A stretch of 64,000 bases of DNA from a virus (lineage: Duplodnaviria; Caudoviricetes). Each line of letters opens with the position of its first letter. Within the stretch, counting starts at the first letter, position 1. Of the stretch, positions 48,246-58,321 are shown piece after piece. The position numbers were made by a program, and so were the translations under genes. The notes under the pieces were generated by a model. It saw only the letters and a program-made list of their open reading frames with translations. It did not search any database and had not been told where the DNA came from. The stretch lies in IMG/VR virus record IMGVR_UViG_3300011116_001007; one strand, given 5' to 3'.

Positions 48246-51200
48246 TTAACCACCAGCTGCAATTGCGCCAGTATTCTTGATACGCAACGGAATGTAGATA
48301 AACTCCACCGCCTTCACTGGTTCAATGGCAATATCAACCCACAATTCATTTCTGTCAATACGTGCAGGAGTATTGTTACTCAAGTCACATACCACCAAAT
48401 AGTCGTAGATAGCACGTTTGGCCACCAAGTCAATCATCAAGCTGTTGCACAGATTGGCGATAGAATTACGTGTGATCTGATCATTGGGTTCAAACAAGAA
48501 CAGTTTTCCAACTTCTTCCAGTCTGCCACGCAAGAAGCAAACCAAACGTGCCACATTGATACGATCCAATGCAGTGGTTGTGGTTGTGGTGGTTTTGTTA
48601 CCGAAGTTGGTAATACCAATACCTGGAATAAACGTGATTGGATTGATATTGCGTTCGTACAGGATGTCTCTTACGCTTTGACTCACACCAATTTGTTGGA
48701 ATTCACCAGTGATAGCATCGATATAACCAATTGCTGTGGCATTATCAATCACACCACGTCGTGTGCCAGCAGGGGCTAACCATGGATAACTCACTGCATC
48801 ACTACGCAGAATAGTACGTATCATCATATGGCTTGGAGGTTGTACCACAGTGTTGCCGCCAAGGTCTGTAGTCAAACAACTTGGATAAAATGCACCAGCA
48901 TAGTTACTGGTGGCAATGTTTCCGTCTTCTGTGGGCAATCCCAGGCCAAGATTATTAGTAGCCCATTCAACCAAGCTGTTGCCATCTGGTCCTAATCTCA
49001 TTGGTGTGTCTGCGACCACAAACAGTGTGTTGTTGCGCTCATTGCTGAGAGCAATCATATTGGGAGTCAGTTCAGGATATGCTGGAGTACCAATGAGGTT
49101 GAATCCATTTTGCTCTTCTCTAGCAGCCACACTGGTGTCAATACCACTCTTCATGGCAGCCACAATCATCTTGCGTTGTGCCTGACGCCCGCCATACATG
49201 GCACCGGTTGGACGGTTGCCACTTGCTGTGAGCCAGGTGTTGAGAACAATCAAGTCCCAATATGCTGTGTTGCTGGGAGTATTTCCTGTGGTAGTAGCGG
49301 TACACACATAGATGCCGTTGTCATAGCTGACAAAATCATTTGCCCGATATGTAGTGGTATTAGAATACACACCAATGCTGTAGTCGGTCGCTGTGGTAGT
49401 AAAATAATCTGCTTGGAAAGATTTTACATTGTAGCCGCTGCGACGAGCATTCCATAACAACATACCCTGTGGATACAGTGCAGGATTAGGCGCATCAGGA
49501 TCTAGGTAATTGCTAGTCAACAAACTGACAATAGTTGGGAATGGATCTGCCACTGGGTCAGTAGTACCATTTGATGCCCAGCGAGCATCAGCAAACAAAA
49601 TACCGCTTTGAGTAGTTTGATCTGTTGTGTCAATCTGTACCCATTGATCAACTCCGCTGGCCGATTCCCAACGATACAACCTGGGATAATTTTCCAAATC
49701 GCTGGTATCCACCCACAGGTCGCCGTACACCAATGGTGATTCAGCTGAGTCAGTTTGTGTTAGTGGTGCTGTTGCTGCCACAATTGGGCCTGTTGCATTG
49801 GTGTTACTCAAGTCATAGCCGCGAACATCGTTGGTGACATTTTGATAACCTTTCCAATCACCATTGTCTTGAATCATGATATCGCAATCATCCACAGAGC
49901 TGTAATACCATAAACGTCCATCTGCAGGATCTTGGGACGGCGCAGTATTGCTGGCAGTATAAGTGAACAACGGTGTGGTCACCCAGTTGCTAAGATTCAA
50001 TTGATTAGCTGTGCTGTTGGAAGCACGTACTTTGCTTGTGTTGGTGCTGAAACCAGCGGTGGTTATCGGAGTACCAGTAAGAGGTACCAAAAACATGTTT
50101 CCACCTTGGCTGTGTGTAAACACAATGTTGCCTGCAGAATTTACACTGGCGCTCACATAAGGAACGCCAGCAGCACTAACTGCACTGATAAAATTGGCCA
50201 CGCTACCAGTTCCGCCAATGGTCACAGTGGCTGAATTAGTTGCGCTTTGTCCAGCTTCTGTGCCTTTAAGAGTAAACGTATCACCCACTGTGAACGCATT
50301 ACCAGTGGGAATTGTGGTTCCAGTTACAATAGTGGCACCCAATGCAACTCTTTCAAGTATTTGAAAAGCCATTGTGCTGTTAGGGGTAGTGGTCACAAGG
50401 TTTGCATCATAGGCAGCATAGGTTGTGCCAACTGGAATGTTCTTTCCGCCGCCTGTAGGGTCCAATCCATAAATGGCTGTGCTATCGCCCGAATAAACTG
50501 ATGTTGTTTGTGCCACCCAGGTATCTAGTGCAGTGCTGTACTGTTTAATTGACAGTTGTATACCATTATTTACAGTGCTGAGATTATTCCACACACTTCC
50601 GGTAGGACGAGGAACAGTATCTGTGGTTCTCCAACGAGGTGCTTGATAACTGTAACCTGGGAAATATATAGGTGTGTAATATTCATCTTCGGCAATGCCC
50701 AGTGTGGTCAGCAACGCTGAACCTTGATTTGGTCCAGGTTGGATGACCACATGCCCGGTGGTCGCAGTGGATCCGTCGGCAGTGGCAAGAGAGTTAGCGT
50801 ATATGTTCAATTGACCTGACACTGCCGCGGCAGTGACGCCTGGTATGGCTGCGGTGTTGATCACTGCTGCAAATCCAGCCACTGTGTTGGTAGCACCCAC
50901 AGTAACTAAACTGCCATTGATGTACATGTTGTAACCTGCAGTCAAACTGCTGGGAGCATTGGTACCAGTAACAGTGGGGTAAGATGTTTGCCAGGCTTGA
51001 GAACCCAGGGCCACCCAGGTATTACTGGAATTTTTGTAATAGGTAGGCAGTTTTAGTGACACAGCTGACACTGCATAATCGCCAATGCTACCAATTGATG
51101 CTTGGGGAGTGTAATCTCCTCCACTGTAGTTTACCACGTCCGCAGTGTCGGTAATGACCATTGGAGTCATCACTGTGAATGTGCCAGTGGTCTGATCCCA

Positions 51201-51644
51201 TTCCTGTATGCCCCAAACAGTTGTAGAGGTATCCAGCCAGTAAGCGCCATTGTTGGCATTGCCAGTGGGGCGAGTCAAACTGGCTGTGAGATCAGTGAGA
51301 TTTATATCAACACGTTGTATGTACGCACGATTGGTAACACCCAATGCACTGTACGCTGCCAGCAATCCGTATTCGTTGAGCTCATATCCATTGATTGGAG
51401 TACCTGTGGTGGTATTGTAAAAGAATGGCACACCAAATGTAGCAGTAAGATCGCGTTGGCTGGTAATGAGATAAGTTTTGTTGGCATTGGCTGCCGTGGT
51501 ACCTGCTGCTACTGTGATGCCATCACTAGAAACTTTGTTCTGTGCTGTAGCAATTATAAAATAAGGTACGGTGTTGACGGCAGAAGGGATGTATTGACTT
51601 TCGTCAATTACAGTTACTTGTACGCCGGGTGATGTTAGAGCCAT
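48246..51644 (-). CDS. gp18: tail sheath protein (T4 gp18-like) with large insertions
   Basis: MALTSPGVQVTVIDES; C-terminal APAGTRRG, INPI, LDRINVARL, FEPND, KAVEFIYI; TATAAATA upstream. Confidence 0.95.
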   Translation of the reverse strand: MALTSPGVQVTVIDESQYIPSAVNTVPYFIIATAQNKVSSDGITVAAGTTAANANKTYLITSQRDLTATFGVPFFYNTTTGTPINGYELNEYGLLAAYSALGVTNRAYIQRVDINLTDLTASLTRPTGNANNGAYWLDTSTTVWGIQEWDQTTGTFTVMTPMVITDTADVVNYSGGDYTPQASIGSIGDYAVSAVSLKLPTYYKNSSNTWVALGSQAWQTSYPTVTGTNAPSSLTAGYNMYINGSLVTVGATNTVAGFAAVINTAAIPGVTAAAVSGQLNIYANSLATADGSTATTGHVVIQPGPNQGSALLTTLGIAEDEYYTPIYFPGYSYQAPRWRTTDTVPRPTGSVWNNLSTVNNGIQLSIKQYSTALDTWVAQTTSVYSGDSTAIYGLDPTGGGKNIPVGTTYAAYDANLVTTTPNSTMAFQILERVALGATIVTGTTIPTGNAFTVGDTFTLKGTEAGQSATNSATVTIGGTGSVANFISAVSAAGVPYVSASVNSAGNIVFTHSQGGNMFLVPLTGTPITTAGFSTNTSKVRASNSTANQLNLSNWVTTPLFTYTASNTAPSQDPADGRLWYYSSVDDCDIMIQDNGDWKGYQNVTNDVRGYDLSNTNATGPIVAATAPLTQTDSAESPLVYGDLWVDTSDLENYPRLYRWESASGVDQWVQIDTTDQTTQSGILFADARWASNGTTDPVADPFPTIVSLLTSNYLDPDAPNPALYPQGMLLWNARRSGYNVKSFQADYFTTTATDYSIGVYSNTTTYRANDFVSYDNGIYVCTATTTGNTPSNTAYWDLIVLNTWLTASGNRPTGAMYGGRQAQRKMIVAAMKSGIDTSVAAREEQNGFNLIGTPAYPELTPNMIALSNERNNTLFVVADTPMRLGPDGNSLVEWATNNLGLGLPTEDGNIATSNYAGAFYPSCLTTDLGGNTVVQPPSHMMIRTILRSDAVSYPWLAPAGTRRGVIDNATAIGYIDAITGEFQQIGVSQSVRDILYERNINPITFIPGIGITNFGNKTTTTTTTALDRINVARLVCFLRGRLEEVGKLFLFEPNDQITRNSIANLCNSLMIDLVAKRAIYDYLVVCDLSNNTPARIDRNELWVDIAIEPVKAVEFIYIPLRIKNTGAIAAGG

Positions 51645-51741
51645 GGTGGTTTCCTTTTCAAGTTACTGATATTTATAGCAATTGTCAAAAAAACACATGA
51701 TACAGTGCCCTTTGGCAAAGGTCCACGACAATAAATACCCC

Positions 51742-52086
51742 ATGAGACCCATTTGTCAAGCCTGCGGACAACGCCCTTGTGCTGTGAACTACATCCGCGA
51801 GGGCATCAAGCATTATAGAAAACGTTGTGAAACTTGTGCTAGGAAAAATCGCGGAATCCGACCACGAGAACCACGATGGAAATCAGCAGGCTACAAAAAG
51901 AAAATGAGCTGTGACCGTTGCGGATTCCGAGCTAGATATGTTAGCCAAATCTTGGTGTATCACCAGGACGGCAATCTCAGCAATGCCACACCAAAAAATC
52001 TCAAATCAGTATGCAAAAACTGTGTGGAAGAATTGCTCAGGTCTGATTTGCCGTGGCGGCCAGGAGATCTTGAACCGGATGTGTGA
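51742..52086 (+). CDS. small Zn-ribbon HNH-like endonuclease
   Basis: CQAC...CETC...CDRC...HQDGNLSN...NL..VCKNC; AATAAATA 4 nt before ATG 51742. Confidence 0.7.
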   Translation: MRPICQACGQRPCAVNYIREGIKHYRKRCETCARKNRGIRPREPRWKSAGYKKKMSCDRCGFRARYVSQILVYHQDGNLSNATPKNLKSVCKNCVEELLRSDLPWRPGDLEPDV

Positions 52087-52711
52087 CCAACTGATGCACT
52101 TGAGCATACAGGTCATCCAATGATCCGTTGTTGTCTAAGATTACATCAAATCGGGTACCCACCCAGGCAGTTTCGCTGGCATGTATTTTGAGTTTGGCCA
52201 GTCGAGACTTACTGGTGGTCCAGGCCATGTTACCAAATTCGCCTTGATTAACTGCCACAGCATCATCGTACCAGGTGGGTTCTGCGCCGCGAACAACTCG
52301 TACAACTAGCCCGTTGGCTCGTCGTATTGCTGCAATTTCATTGGGAAACCTACAGTCAGAAATTACTATGTCATCTTGGCTGTTACGCAGTTTGTTTTCC
52401 AAACTGGCAATCCAAATATCATCGTGGAATCCTTGACGACATACTTCTGTGCCCCAGTGTTGCAGCACCCATCTTGGAGTGAGTTCGGGCATGTTCAGTC
52501 GATCTGCCCACCATGAGTCTACTTGTTCGCGCCATTCACGGGCTTGTTTGGTGCGGCCTTCTAGCATGGTTCTGTCCCAGCCAAACACATGTGCTACAGA
52601 ATCTTTGAGGCTGTTGGCAAAACTTTCTCTACGAAACTCGTGCAAGTTTGTGAGATAATCTGCCACAGTATCTTTGCCTGATCCAATAAATCCACAAATT
52701 CCAATAATCAT
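52037..52711 (-). CDS. deoxynucleoside monophosphate kinase (T4 gp1-like)
   Basis: GICGFIGSGKDT, FANSLKD, LQHWGTE, ISDCRFPNE. Confidence 0.92.
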   Translation of the reverse strand: MIIGICGFIGSGKDTVADYLTNLHEFRRESFANSLKDSVAHVFGWDRTMLEGRTKQAREWREQVDSWWADRLNMPELTPRWVLQHWGTEVCRQGFHDDIWIASLENKLRNSQDDIVISDCRFPNEIAAIRRANGLVVRVVRGAEPTWYDDAVAVNQGEFGNMAWTTSKSRLAKLKIHASETAWVGTRFDVILDNNGSLDDLYAQVHQLVTHPVQDLLAATANQT

Positions 52712-53232
52712 TTGAGCTCTCTGATGTTTAGATGTTTTAGTGTGGCCTGCAACATGTCAATTTGCCGTCGGCAGTCTTCCAGTGCATGGTGACTGGTAGC
52801 AGGACGAGGCAAATCAGGCCACAAACTATATATGGTGCGGGCATCACGAACCACGTAAAATTGCCAGGGCAAGGGTCGGCCATAGCTTTTGTAAGCATGT
52901 TCAATAATGTTCATATCGTAAGTGGGACCATTGGCCCAGATCAATCGGCTTTGCCAAATAAACTTGGCCAGTTGGTCCAGTGCTTGATCTAGTGGAATAC
53001 GATCATGCTCATTGAATGCTTCGTCACGTGCTGCTGCAGGTTGGGTGGCCCACCAATCTATAGTGCCTTGTTGAATACTGCGATCAGGCTGACTTTCCAA
53101 ATCAATTCTAGCATAGTAGTATCGATCGTGGTAGCCGTGTCCCAGCGGATCAAAACTCTGAGCCGCAATAGTCAGTATAGTGGTGTCTGGTCCGGTACCC
53201 AGACCTTCAATGTCAATCATTAAATCTGCCAT
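52708..53232 (-). CDS. DEDDh 3'-5' exonuclease (DexA/DUF5051-like)
   Basis: LMIDIE, WANG..YD, HHALEDC. Confidence 0.85.
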   Translation of the reverse strand: MADLMIDIEGLGTGPDTTILTIAAQSFDPLGHGYHDRYYYARIDLESQPDRSIQQGTIDWWATQPAAARDEAFNEHDRIPLDQALDQLAKFIWQSRLIWANGPTYDMNIIEHAYKSYGRPLPWQFYVVRDARTIYSLWPDLPRPATSHHALEDCRRQIDMLQATLKHLNIRELK

Positions 53233-53267
53233 AGTGTATTGTAACACACACCGCTGGCACACACAAC

Positions 53268-54038
53268 TCAACTGGTTAAATCAATACCCAATTGTGTTTC
53301 AAACCATTCTGCCATGCCAAAAGAGCTAGGATGAAACTTGTCAATTTGTTGTAGATTTTGCTTGACACAGTATTCATAAGGCGGAGTGACTTTGTTAAAT
53401 TTTCCCCAGTCGACCATGTTGTACAGACTTGATGTGGGGTCAATTTTGCCCAAACAATGCTCCAAGGCCAACCATTGTGGCCAGCGATCAAATCCAATGG
53501 TACGATATTTGGTGTTGGTCACTTTGTCTACTGTGTCATTGTAACTTTGATTTATGTCGTAGATAAAACACATGGTATAGTCAATTTTGCAAGATTTTAA
53601 TAAATCTTGTGTGTCTATAATGGCCGCTAAGGTTGTGTCTGTGGCCGACCTAGCAGTTTGATTTAGATATTCTTCACGAAATTGAGATTTTATTGCAGCT
53701 GGACACACATCATCTGACTGCCAACTGCCAGCCATGCCTCCAGAATGGTACCATGCCCATTCTTCCATTACTGATATGTATCGGTAATTGCTGGGCGTTC
53801 TAATATGTGTTTTTAGCGTGACTGGTACATCTATACGATTTATACCCGACCAAAGTACAATCACATGATCATATGAGCCTCTGAACAGTTCGTATCGCAC
53901 ACGAGCAGCAATAGCTCTGTTGCCGGCTGCTGGTGCATCAAAGAATTTAAATCGTGTGCGATTGATGTTGGGCGCTGGATTTGAATATCCTGCTGCTATT
54001 CCTGCAAAACTGCATCCAGCAATCAGCACTGAATTCAT
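53268..54038 (-). CDS. SGNH/GDSL-like protein (paralog 5)
   Basis: VLIAGCSF, APAAGN, IDKFHP. Confidence 0.55.
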   Translation of the reverse strand: MNSVLIAGCSFAGIAAGYSNPAPNINRTRFKFFDAPAAGNRAIAARVRYELFRGSYDHVIVLWSGINRIDVPVTLKTHIRTPSNYRYISVMEEWAWYHSGGMAGSWQSDDVCPAAIKSQFREEYLNQTARSATDTTLAAIIDTQDLLKSCKIDYTMCFIYDINQSYNDTVDKVTNTKYRTIGFDRWPQWLALEHCLGKIDPTSSLYNMVDWGKFNKVTPPYEYCVKQNLQQIDKFHPSSFGMAEWFETQLGIDLTS

Positions 54039-54391
54039 GGCGTTGCAACCACTACTTTCCAAGACACAGTGGGTTCGTCCCAGTAGTAGTTTTTATCGTC
54101 AGTTGGCATGGATTTGGGTGCTTGCCATATGCAGGTGGCTTCGTCCAAGATCCAGCTGGCATAAGGTTTGGGTGCATAAAATGCATCTAGATTTTGGTCG
54201 TAAATGTAACCCACACCAGCATAATTTTTTCTCAGTGGTGTTCCGCCCAGCTGGTGTTGCCCACCATACGTGTTGTAACTGGTTTGCACCCAGGCAGCAG
54301 GATCGCCCCAAAGTCCTGTGTTGAGAACATCCTGTTCTATAACTATCACTTGGGTGACAATACCATTTTCTACTTTTGCAAAATGACTCAT
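54035..54391 (-). CDS. small fibre-associated hypothetical protein
   Basis: MSHFAKVENGIVTQVIV...KNYAGVGY...F..PKPY.SW; follows the Gly-rich genes. Confidence 0.7.
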   Translation of the reverse strand: MSHFAKVENGIVTQVIVIEQDVLNTGLWGDPAAWVQTSYNTYGGQHQLGGTPLRKNYAGVGYIYDQNLDAFYAPKPYASWILDEATCIWQAPKSMPTDDKNYYWDEPTVSWKVVVATP

Positions 54392-54436
54392 GTTGTGTTG
54401 TTCCTCTATGCGTATTTATCGGTATTTTGTGTGATA

Positions 54437-55354
54437 TTAGAAAGTTATCGAACCTGAACTGGTCCAGGTGTATATTCTATAACCACCGGTGGTTGTTATT
54501 GTTGGCGATCCAGTGGTGGATGTTGCCAGATCATAAGTGTCAGAATAACGAATAATAACAATACCAGATCCACCAGTACCACCTGTGCTTGTTGCACCGG
54601 CTTTGGCAGTTGAGCCGCCGCCACCACCACCGGTGTTTGTTGTGCCAGCTATACCATTATAGGTAGTTATTGGACCGCCACCGCCGCCACCACCTGAACC
54701 GCCAGCGCCTGGTGCTCTGCCTGCTCCTGCACTGCCAGCGCCATATGTGCCACCGCCACCGCCGCCTGCGTAATATGTTCCAGAACTAATTGGCCATTCA
54801 CTACCTGCTCCCCCGTTGCCGCCTGTTGGGCTAACATTATAGGGGCTAGCATTGGCATTTCCACCAACTGCACTTGCGCCACCGCCACCACCGCCTGCGT
54901 CAGAAGTTCTATTGCCAGTACCGCCATCATATCCTTGTCTTGGCGGACCTGCCGTGCCCGAGCCGCCAGCTAAATTTGTGTAGGCACCGCCACCACCAGA
55001 GCCACCAGTTGCAGCGGTACCGGAGGCGCCGCCGGCACCGCCGCCGCCGCCTGTTGAAGTAATAGTTGAAAAAACAGAATTTTCTCCGCTAGTTCCGCCA
55101 CCAATGGCACCGGCACCACCACCGCCAACTGTGACGGTAATTGGAGTGCTGGCAGCCACTGCAAATCCTGATGCTGTTCTATATCCGCCTGCGCCGCCAC
55201 CGCCACCGCCAGCATAATCTGCAACTGAGCCACCACCTCCACCACCGCCAGCAACCACCAAGTATTCAACTGCTGTGGGCGGATTAAGCAAAGAAGCACC
55301 AGACACAGTCCATCCGCCGCCAAATGTCCAACCAGATCCTATTGTTAATGCCAT
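54437..55354 (-). CDS. glycine-rich virion protein (paralog 1)
   Basis: VEYLVVAGGG...GSGIVIIRY...GYRIYTWTSSGSITF. Confidence 0.8.
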   Translation of the reverse strand: MALTIGSGWTFGGGWTVSGASLLNPPTAVEYLVVAGGGGGGGSVADYAGGGGGGAGGYRTASGFAVAASTPITVTVGGGGAGAIGGGTSGENSVFSTITSTGGGGGAGGASGTAATGGSGGGGAYTNLAGGSGTAGPPRQGYDGGTGNRTSDAGGGGGGASAVGGNANASPYNVSPTGGNGGAGSEWPISSGTYYAGGGGGGTYGAGSAGAGRAPGAGGSGGGGGGGPITTYNGIAGTTNTGGGGGGSTAKAGATSTGGTGGSGIVIIRYSDTYDLATSTTGSPTITTTGGYRIYTWTSSGSITF

Positions 55355-55365
55355 TGTGATCTTTA

Positions 55366-56355
55366 TTAGAAAGTTATTGAACCCGAACTGGTCCAAGTGT
55401 ATATTCTATAACCGCCCGTTACAGTGATTGTTGGTGATCCTGTTGTGGAGGTTGCAGCAAGATCAGTATCAGGATAACGAATAACCACAATACCCGAACC
55501 ACCTGCTCCGCTAGCGTAGTGAAAGTAACTATTACTGCCATTACTGCCGCCGCCACCTCCACCAGAATTTGGTCCGCCTGCGCCAGCAGCAGCAGCTACT
55601 ACACCAGCACCACCACCATTGCTACCGCCTGTAGAATTTATAGAATTGCCAAGTCCTCCGTATGCGCTGCCGCCACCTCCACCACCGTCGCCGCCGTTGC
55701 CGCCTTTGTAGCCTTGGTTAAAGCAACCGCCACCACCGCCACCAGCGTAGTAAGTAGCGGTGCCGGTAATTGATGATTGCAATCCAATGCCACCGTCGGC
55801 GCCGCTTGGATATCCAGCATTTGGTGAATACGGTCCAGCTGGTACACTTGATCCGACTGCACCTGCACCACCACCACCACCACCTGAACCGCCTGCGCTG
55901 TCAATACCACTACCACCATTGTTGCCTTGCCCGGCAGTACCTGTACCATATCCACCAGCGTTAGGTGTGGTAGTTCCTGTATCGCCACCACCACCACCTG
56001 AACCGCCAGCGAGACCAGGATACGTGGCTACGGTATAACTACCGCCACCGCCACCGCCGATTGAAGTGATTGTTGAGAATACAGAATTGGTACCACTATT
56101 GCCTTGGGCTGCTGTACTGCCAGTGGCAATAGCAGCGCCGCCACCGCCAACTGTGACAGTGATTGGTGTGCCTGAAGCAACAGCAAATCCTGACGCTGTT
56201 CTATATCCGCCGGCGCCACCACCACCGGCGGCCCAAGCGCCGCCCGAGCCGCCGCCAGCAACCACTAAATATTCAACTGTGGCAGGTGCAGCTGATGTGG
56301 GCACAAACGCCCAACCAGGTCCCATACTCCAACCAGGTCCCATACTAAATGCCAT
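55366..56355 (-). CDS. glycine-rich virion protein (paralog 2)
   Basis: Same N- and C-terminal blocks as paralog 1. Confidence 0.8.
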   Translation of the reverse strand: MAFSMGPGWSMGPGWAFVPTSAAPATVEYLVVAGGGSGGAWAAGGGGAGGYRTASGFAVASGTPITVTVGGGGAAIATGSTAAQGNSGTNSVFSTITSIGGGGGGSYTVATYPGLAGGSGGGGGDTGTTTPNAGGYGTGTAGQGNNGGSGIDSAGGSGGGGGGAGAVGSSVPAGPYSPNAGYPSGADGGIGLQSSITGTATYYAGGGGGGCFNQGYKGGNGGDGGGGGGSAYGGLGNSINSTGGSNGGGAGVVAAAAGAGGPNSGGGGGGSNGSNSYFHYASGAGGSGIVVIRYPDTDLAATSTTGSPTITVTGGYRIYTWTSSGSITF

Positions 56356-56358
56356 GTG

Positions 56359-57120
56359 TTATCCAATCACAAAAGTAATTGGTTGAGAACCATCAACATA
56401 GTTGACCAATTCTAACACCTTGGCATCCATCTGTGCCTGGGCTTCGGTTTTCATAGCAGTGCCGTTTAGGGTGCCGCCACCTTGTGGTCCAGCAATGGTG
56501 CCAAATTTTTCACGGGCTTCACCTATGATCATTTTGCACACAGCCACCATGTAATCACGGATCCATTGCTGTATTTGAAAATCACTCAAGAGATTGATTT
56601 CTGGTTTGAGTTGGTAGCACCAAATTAACACATTTTCCCCGGTATTTTTGGGATCGCGAATCAGTTGCAGTTTTTTGTTTACAGGATTCCAGGTGTAGTT
56701 CATGAAACCACCAAACATCTTGGCTGCCAGTTCTACGTATTGGCTGTAGAAATCGTACGTGGCCAGGCCACCTGCCACATTGAAATTCATGAGATACACG
56801 TTGATCGACGCTTGAGCAAACGGATCAAAGTTTGATGCAAACGGGCCTGTGGCATCGCCGAACGTGCGACGAAATATCTGCCGCACACTTTGTACTTCTT
56901 GCGGCAGCGTGTAGATGTTGAGGTCTCGTATCAACTCCATGAAGATGTAGGCTTCTTCATATGCAGCGTTGGCACGTTGCCGATACACACCCAAAGTTCG
57001 CTGGTATGCTGCTTCGTAGTGCGCTGGATCCAACTCAAGATCAATGATCTGACTGCCCAACATCAGGCTACAGTATTCTACAAGATCTTGTTTGAGTTGT
57101 GGTAGTGTTTTTTCAGACAT
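56359..57120 (-). CDS. gp13: neck protein (T4 gp13-like)
   Basis: LG..IIDLELD, W..DY..A.CK..IGEAREKF...GG.TLNG. Confidence 0.8.
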   Translation of the reverse strand: MSEKTLPQLKQDLVEYCSLMLGSQIIDLELDPAHYEAAYQRTLGVYRQRANAAYEEAYIFMELIRDLNIYTLPQEVQSVRQIFRRTFGDATGPFASNFDPFAQASINVYLMNFNVAGGLATYDFYSQYVELAAKMFGGFMNYTWNPVNKKLQLIRDPKNTGENVLIWCYQLKPEINLLSDFQIQQWIRDYMVAVCKMIIGEAREKFGTIAGPQGGGTLNGTAMKTEAQAQMDAKVLELVNYVDGSQPITFVIG

Positions 57121-57121
57121 A

Positions 57122-57148
57122 AAGGGGAACTCCGTTCCCCCTTATTTA
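57122..57148 (-). promoter_or_regulatory. late promoter plus RBS-covering hairpin of gp13
   Basis: TAAATA (57148-57143), then AGGGGGAAC-GGA-GTTCCCCTTT-ATG. Confidence 0.6.
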
Positions 57149-58315
57149 CCAGCTTTTGAGCACTAGCAAATTCTCATTGCTTCGACCATTGAACTGAGTT
57201 TCGGTTGTGGTTAGATCTTTAAAAATCTTTCTAGCAGCCGGTTTGCCTGCGGCCTGTAGTGCTTTCAAAGTGTCTGCTGGCTTACGCAGTGTTTTTTGCT
57301 GTGTTTCGCTCACAGAAAATCCAATGATTGAACTGCTTTTGATTGTAAAACTGCCAGCGTGACTGTCTGCTACCACATGGATCAGTTTGCGTTTCTTGGT
57401 ATCGTACAACCATGCTTCGCTCTTGTCCACCAGAGTCGCAGCTGACAAACCCTTGAGTTTGAGTTCAGCAAATTCCACACAATGTTTGAACTTGGCTGCT
57501 TTTTTCTCCGGGCTTACGGGTTTGACCTTGCGTGGCTTGCGTTCCACTTTCTTGATCTGCACATAAGCACCGCAATCTGAAATCACAGATTCGCAAAACT
57601 TCACAATGTTGCGTAATTGTACCTTGGACAGGTGTGAGTAGCCTTCGACCAGTTGTGCATCTTTGCCGGCTACTACTTTTTCAAAGTGTGCCAACCTAGT
57701 TTTCCAAATGTCTGCAATGTGATACACCATTTGTGGTGCCACGTTCATGCCACGTATCTGAGCAATGGGTTTCCAATCAGCTGACATTTTGCAACCTGCT
57801 GTGACAAAATCATCCAGCATGCCTTCCAATTCACCTGCACATTCTTTCATCTTTTCACGTAGACGATCTTGGATGTTGGGTTTGACTGCTGTGTCAACTT
57901 CTGCCACTTCTGCTGCTGCCTGGTCTTTGATTGCCAGCAAGTCGTCAATGAGATTGTCCAATTTGATCTGTTCTTGATCAGTCAATTCCAAGCCCATCAT
58001 GGTCATGCGGCACAGCCAACCAGTGGTCAGTCGTATTTGACTGTCAGTCAACGAGCGTATTTTTTTGGCATCTTTTGCTCGTTTGTGCAGCTCCAAGTAG
58101 GTCACAATCATTTCTTTGGCTTCTTTTTTGCCGTAAAAATAATTGTACCAACCAAACGCATTGCTCATTGCACTGATTCGATTGCGATCTTGTTCAGGCT
58201 GCACACGCCATTCGGGTTCGTGTCCCACGTATTTGGTATCTGGGCTACGCGGATTCATTGATTTGATTGCGATTTTTGCAGTCACTGCCATGGGTTTTCC
58301 TTTGGTGATTGTCAT
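57146..58315 (-). CDS. hypothetical early protein (389 aa; start may be the second Met)
   Basis: Strong sigma70 promoter; AAAGGA RBS before MAVTAK. Confidence 0.8.
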   Translation of the reverse strand: MTITKGKPMAVTAKIAIKSMNPRSPDTKYVGHEPEWRVQPEQDRNRISAMSNAFGWYNYFYGKKEAKEMIVTYLELHKRAKDAKKIRSLTDSQIRLTTGWLCRMTMMGLELTDQEQIKLDNLIDDLLAIKDQAAAEVAEVDTAVKPNIQDRLREKMKECAGELEGMLDDFVTAGCKMSADWKPIAQIRGMNVAPQMVYHIADIWKTRLAHFEKVVAGKDAQLVEGYSHLSKVQLRNIVKFCESVISDCGAYVQIKKVERKPRKVKPVSPEKKAAKFKHCVEFAELKLKGLSAATLVDKSEAWLYDTKKRKLIHVVADSHAGSFTIKSSSIIGFSVSETQQKTLRKPADTLKALQAAGKPAARKIFKDLTTTETQFNGRSNENLLVLKSW

Positions 58316-58321
58316 GTTGTA

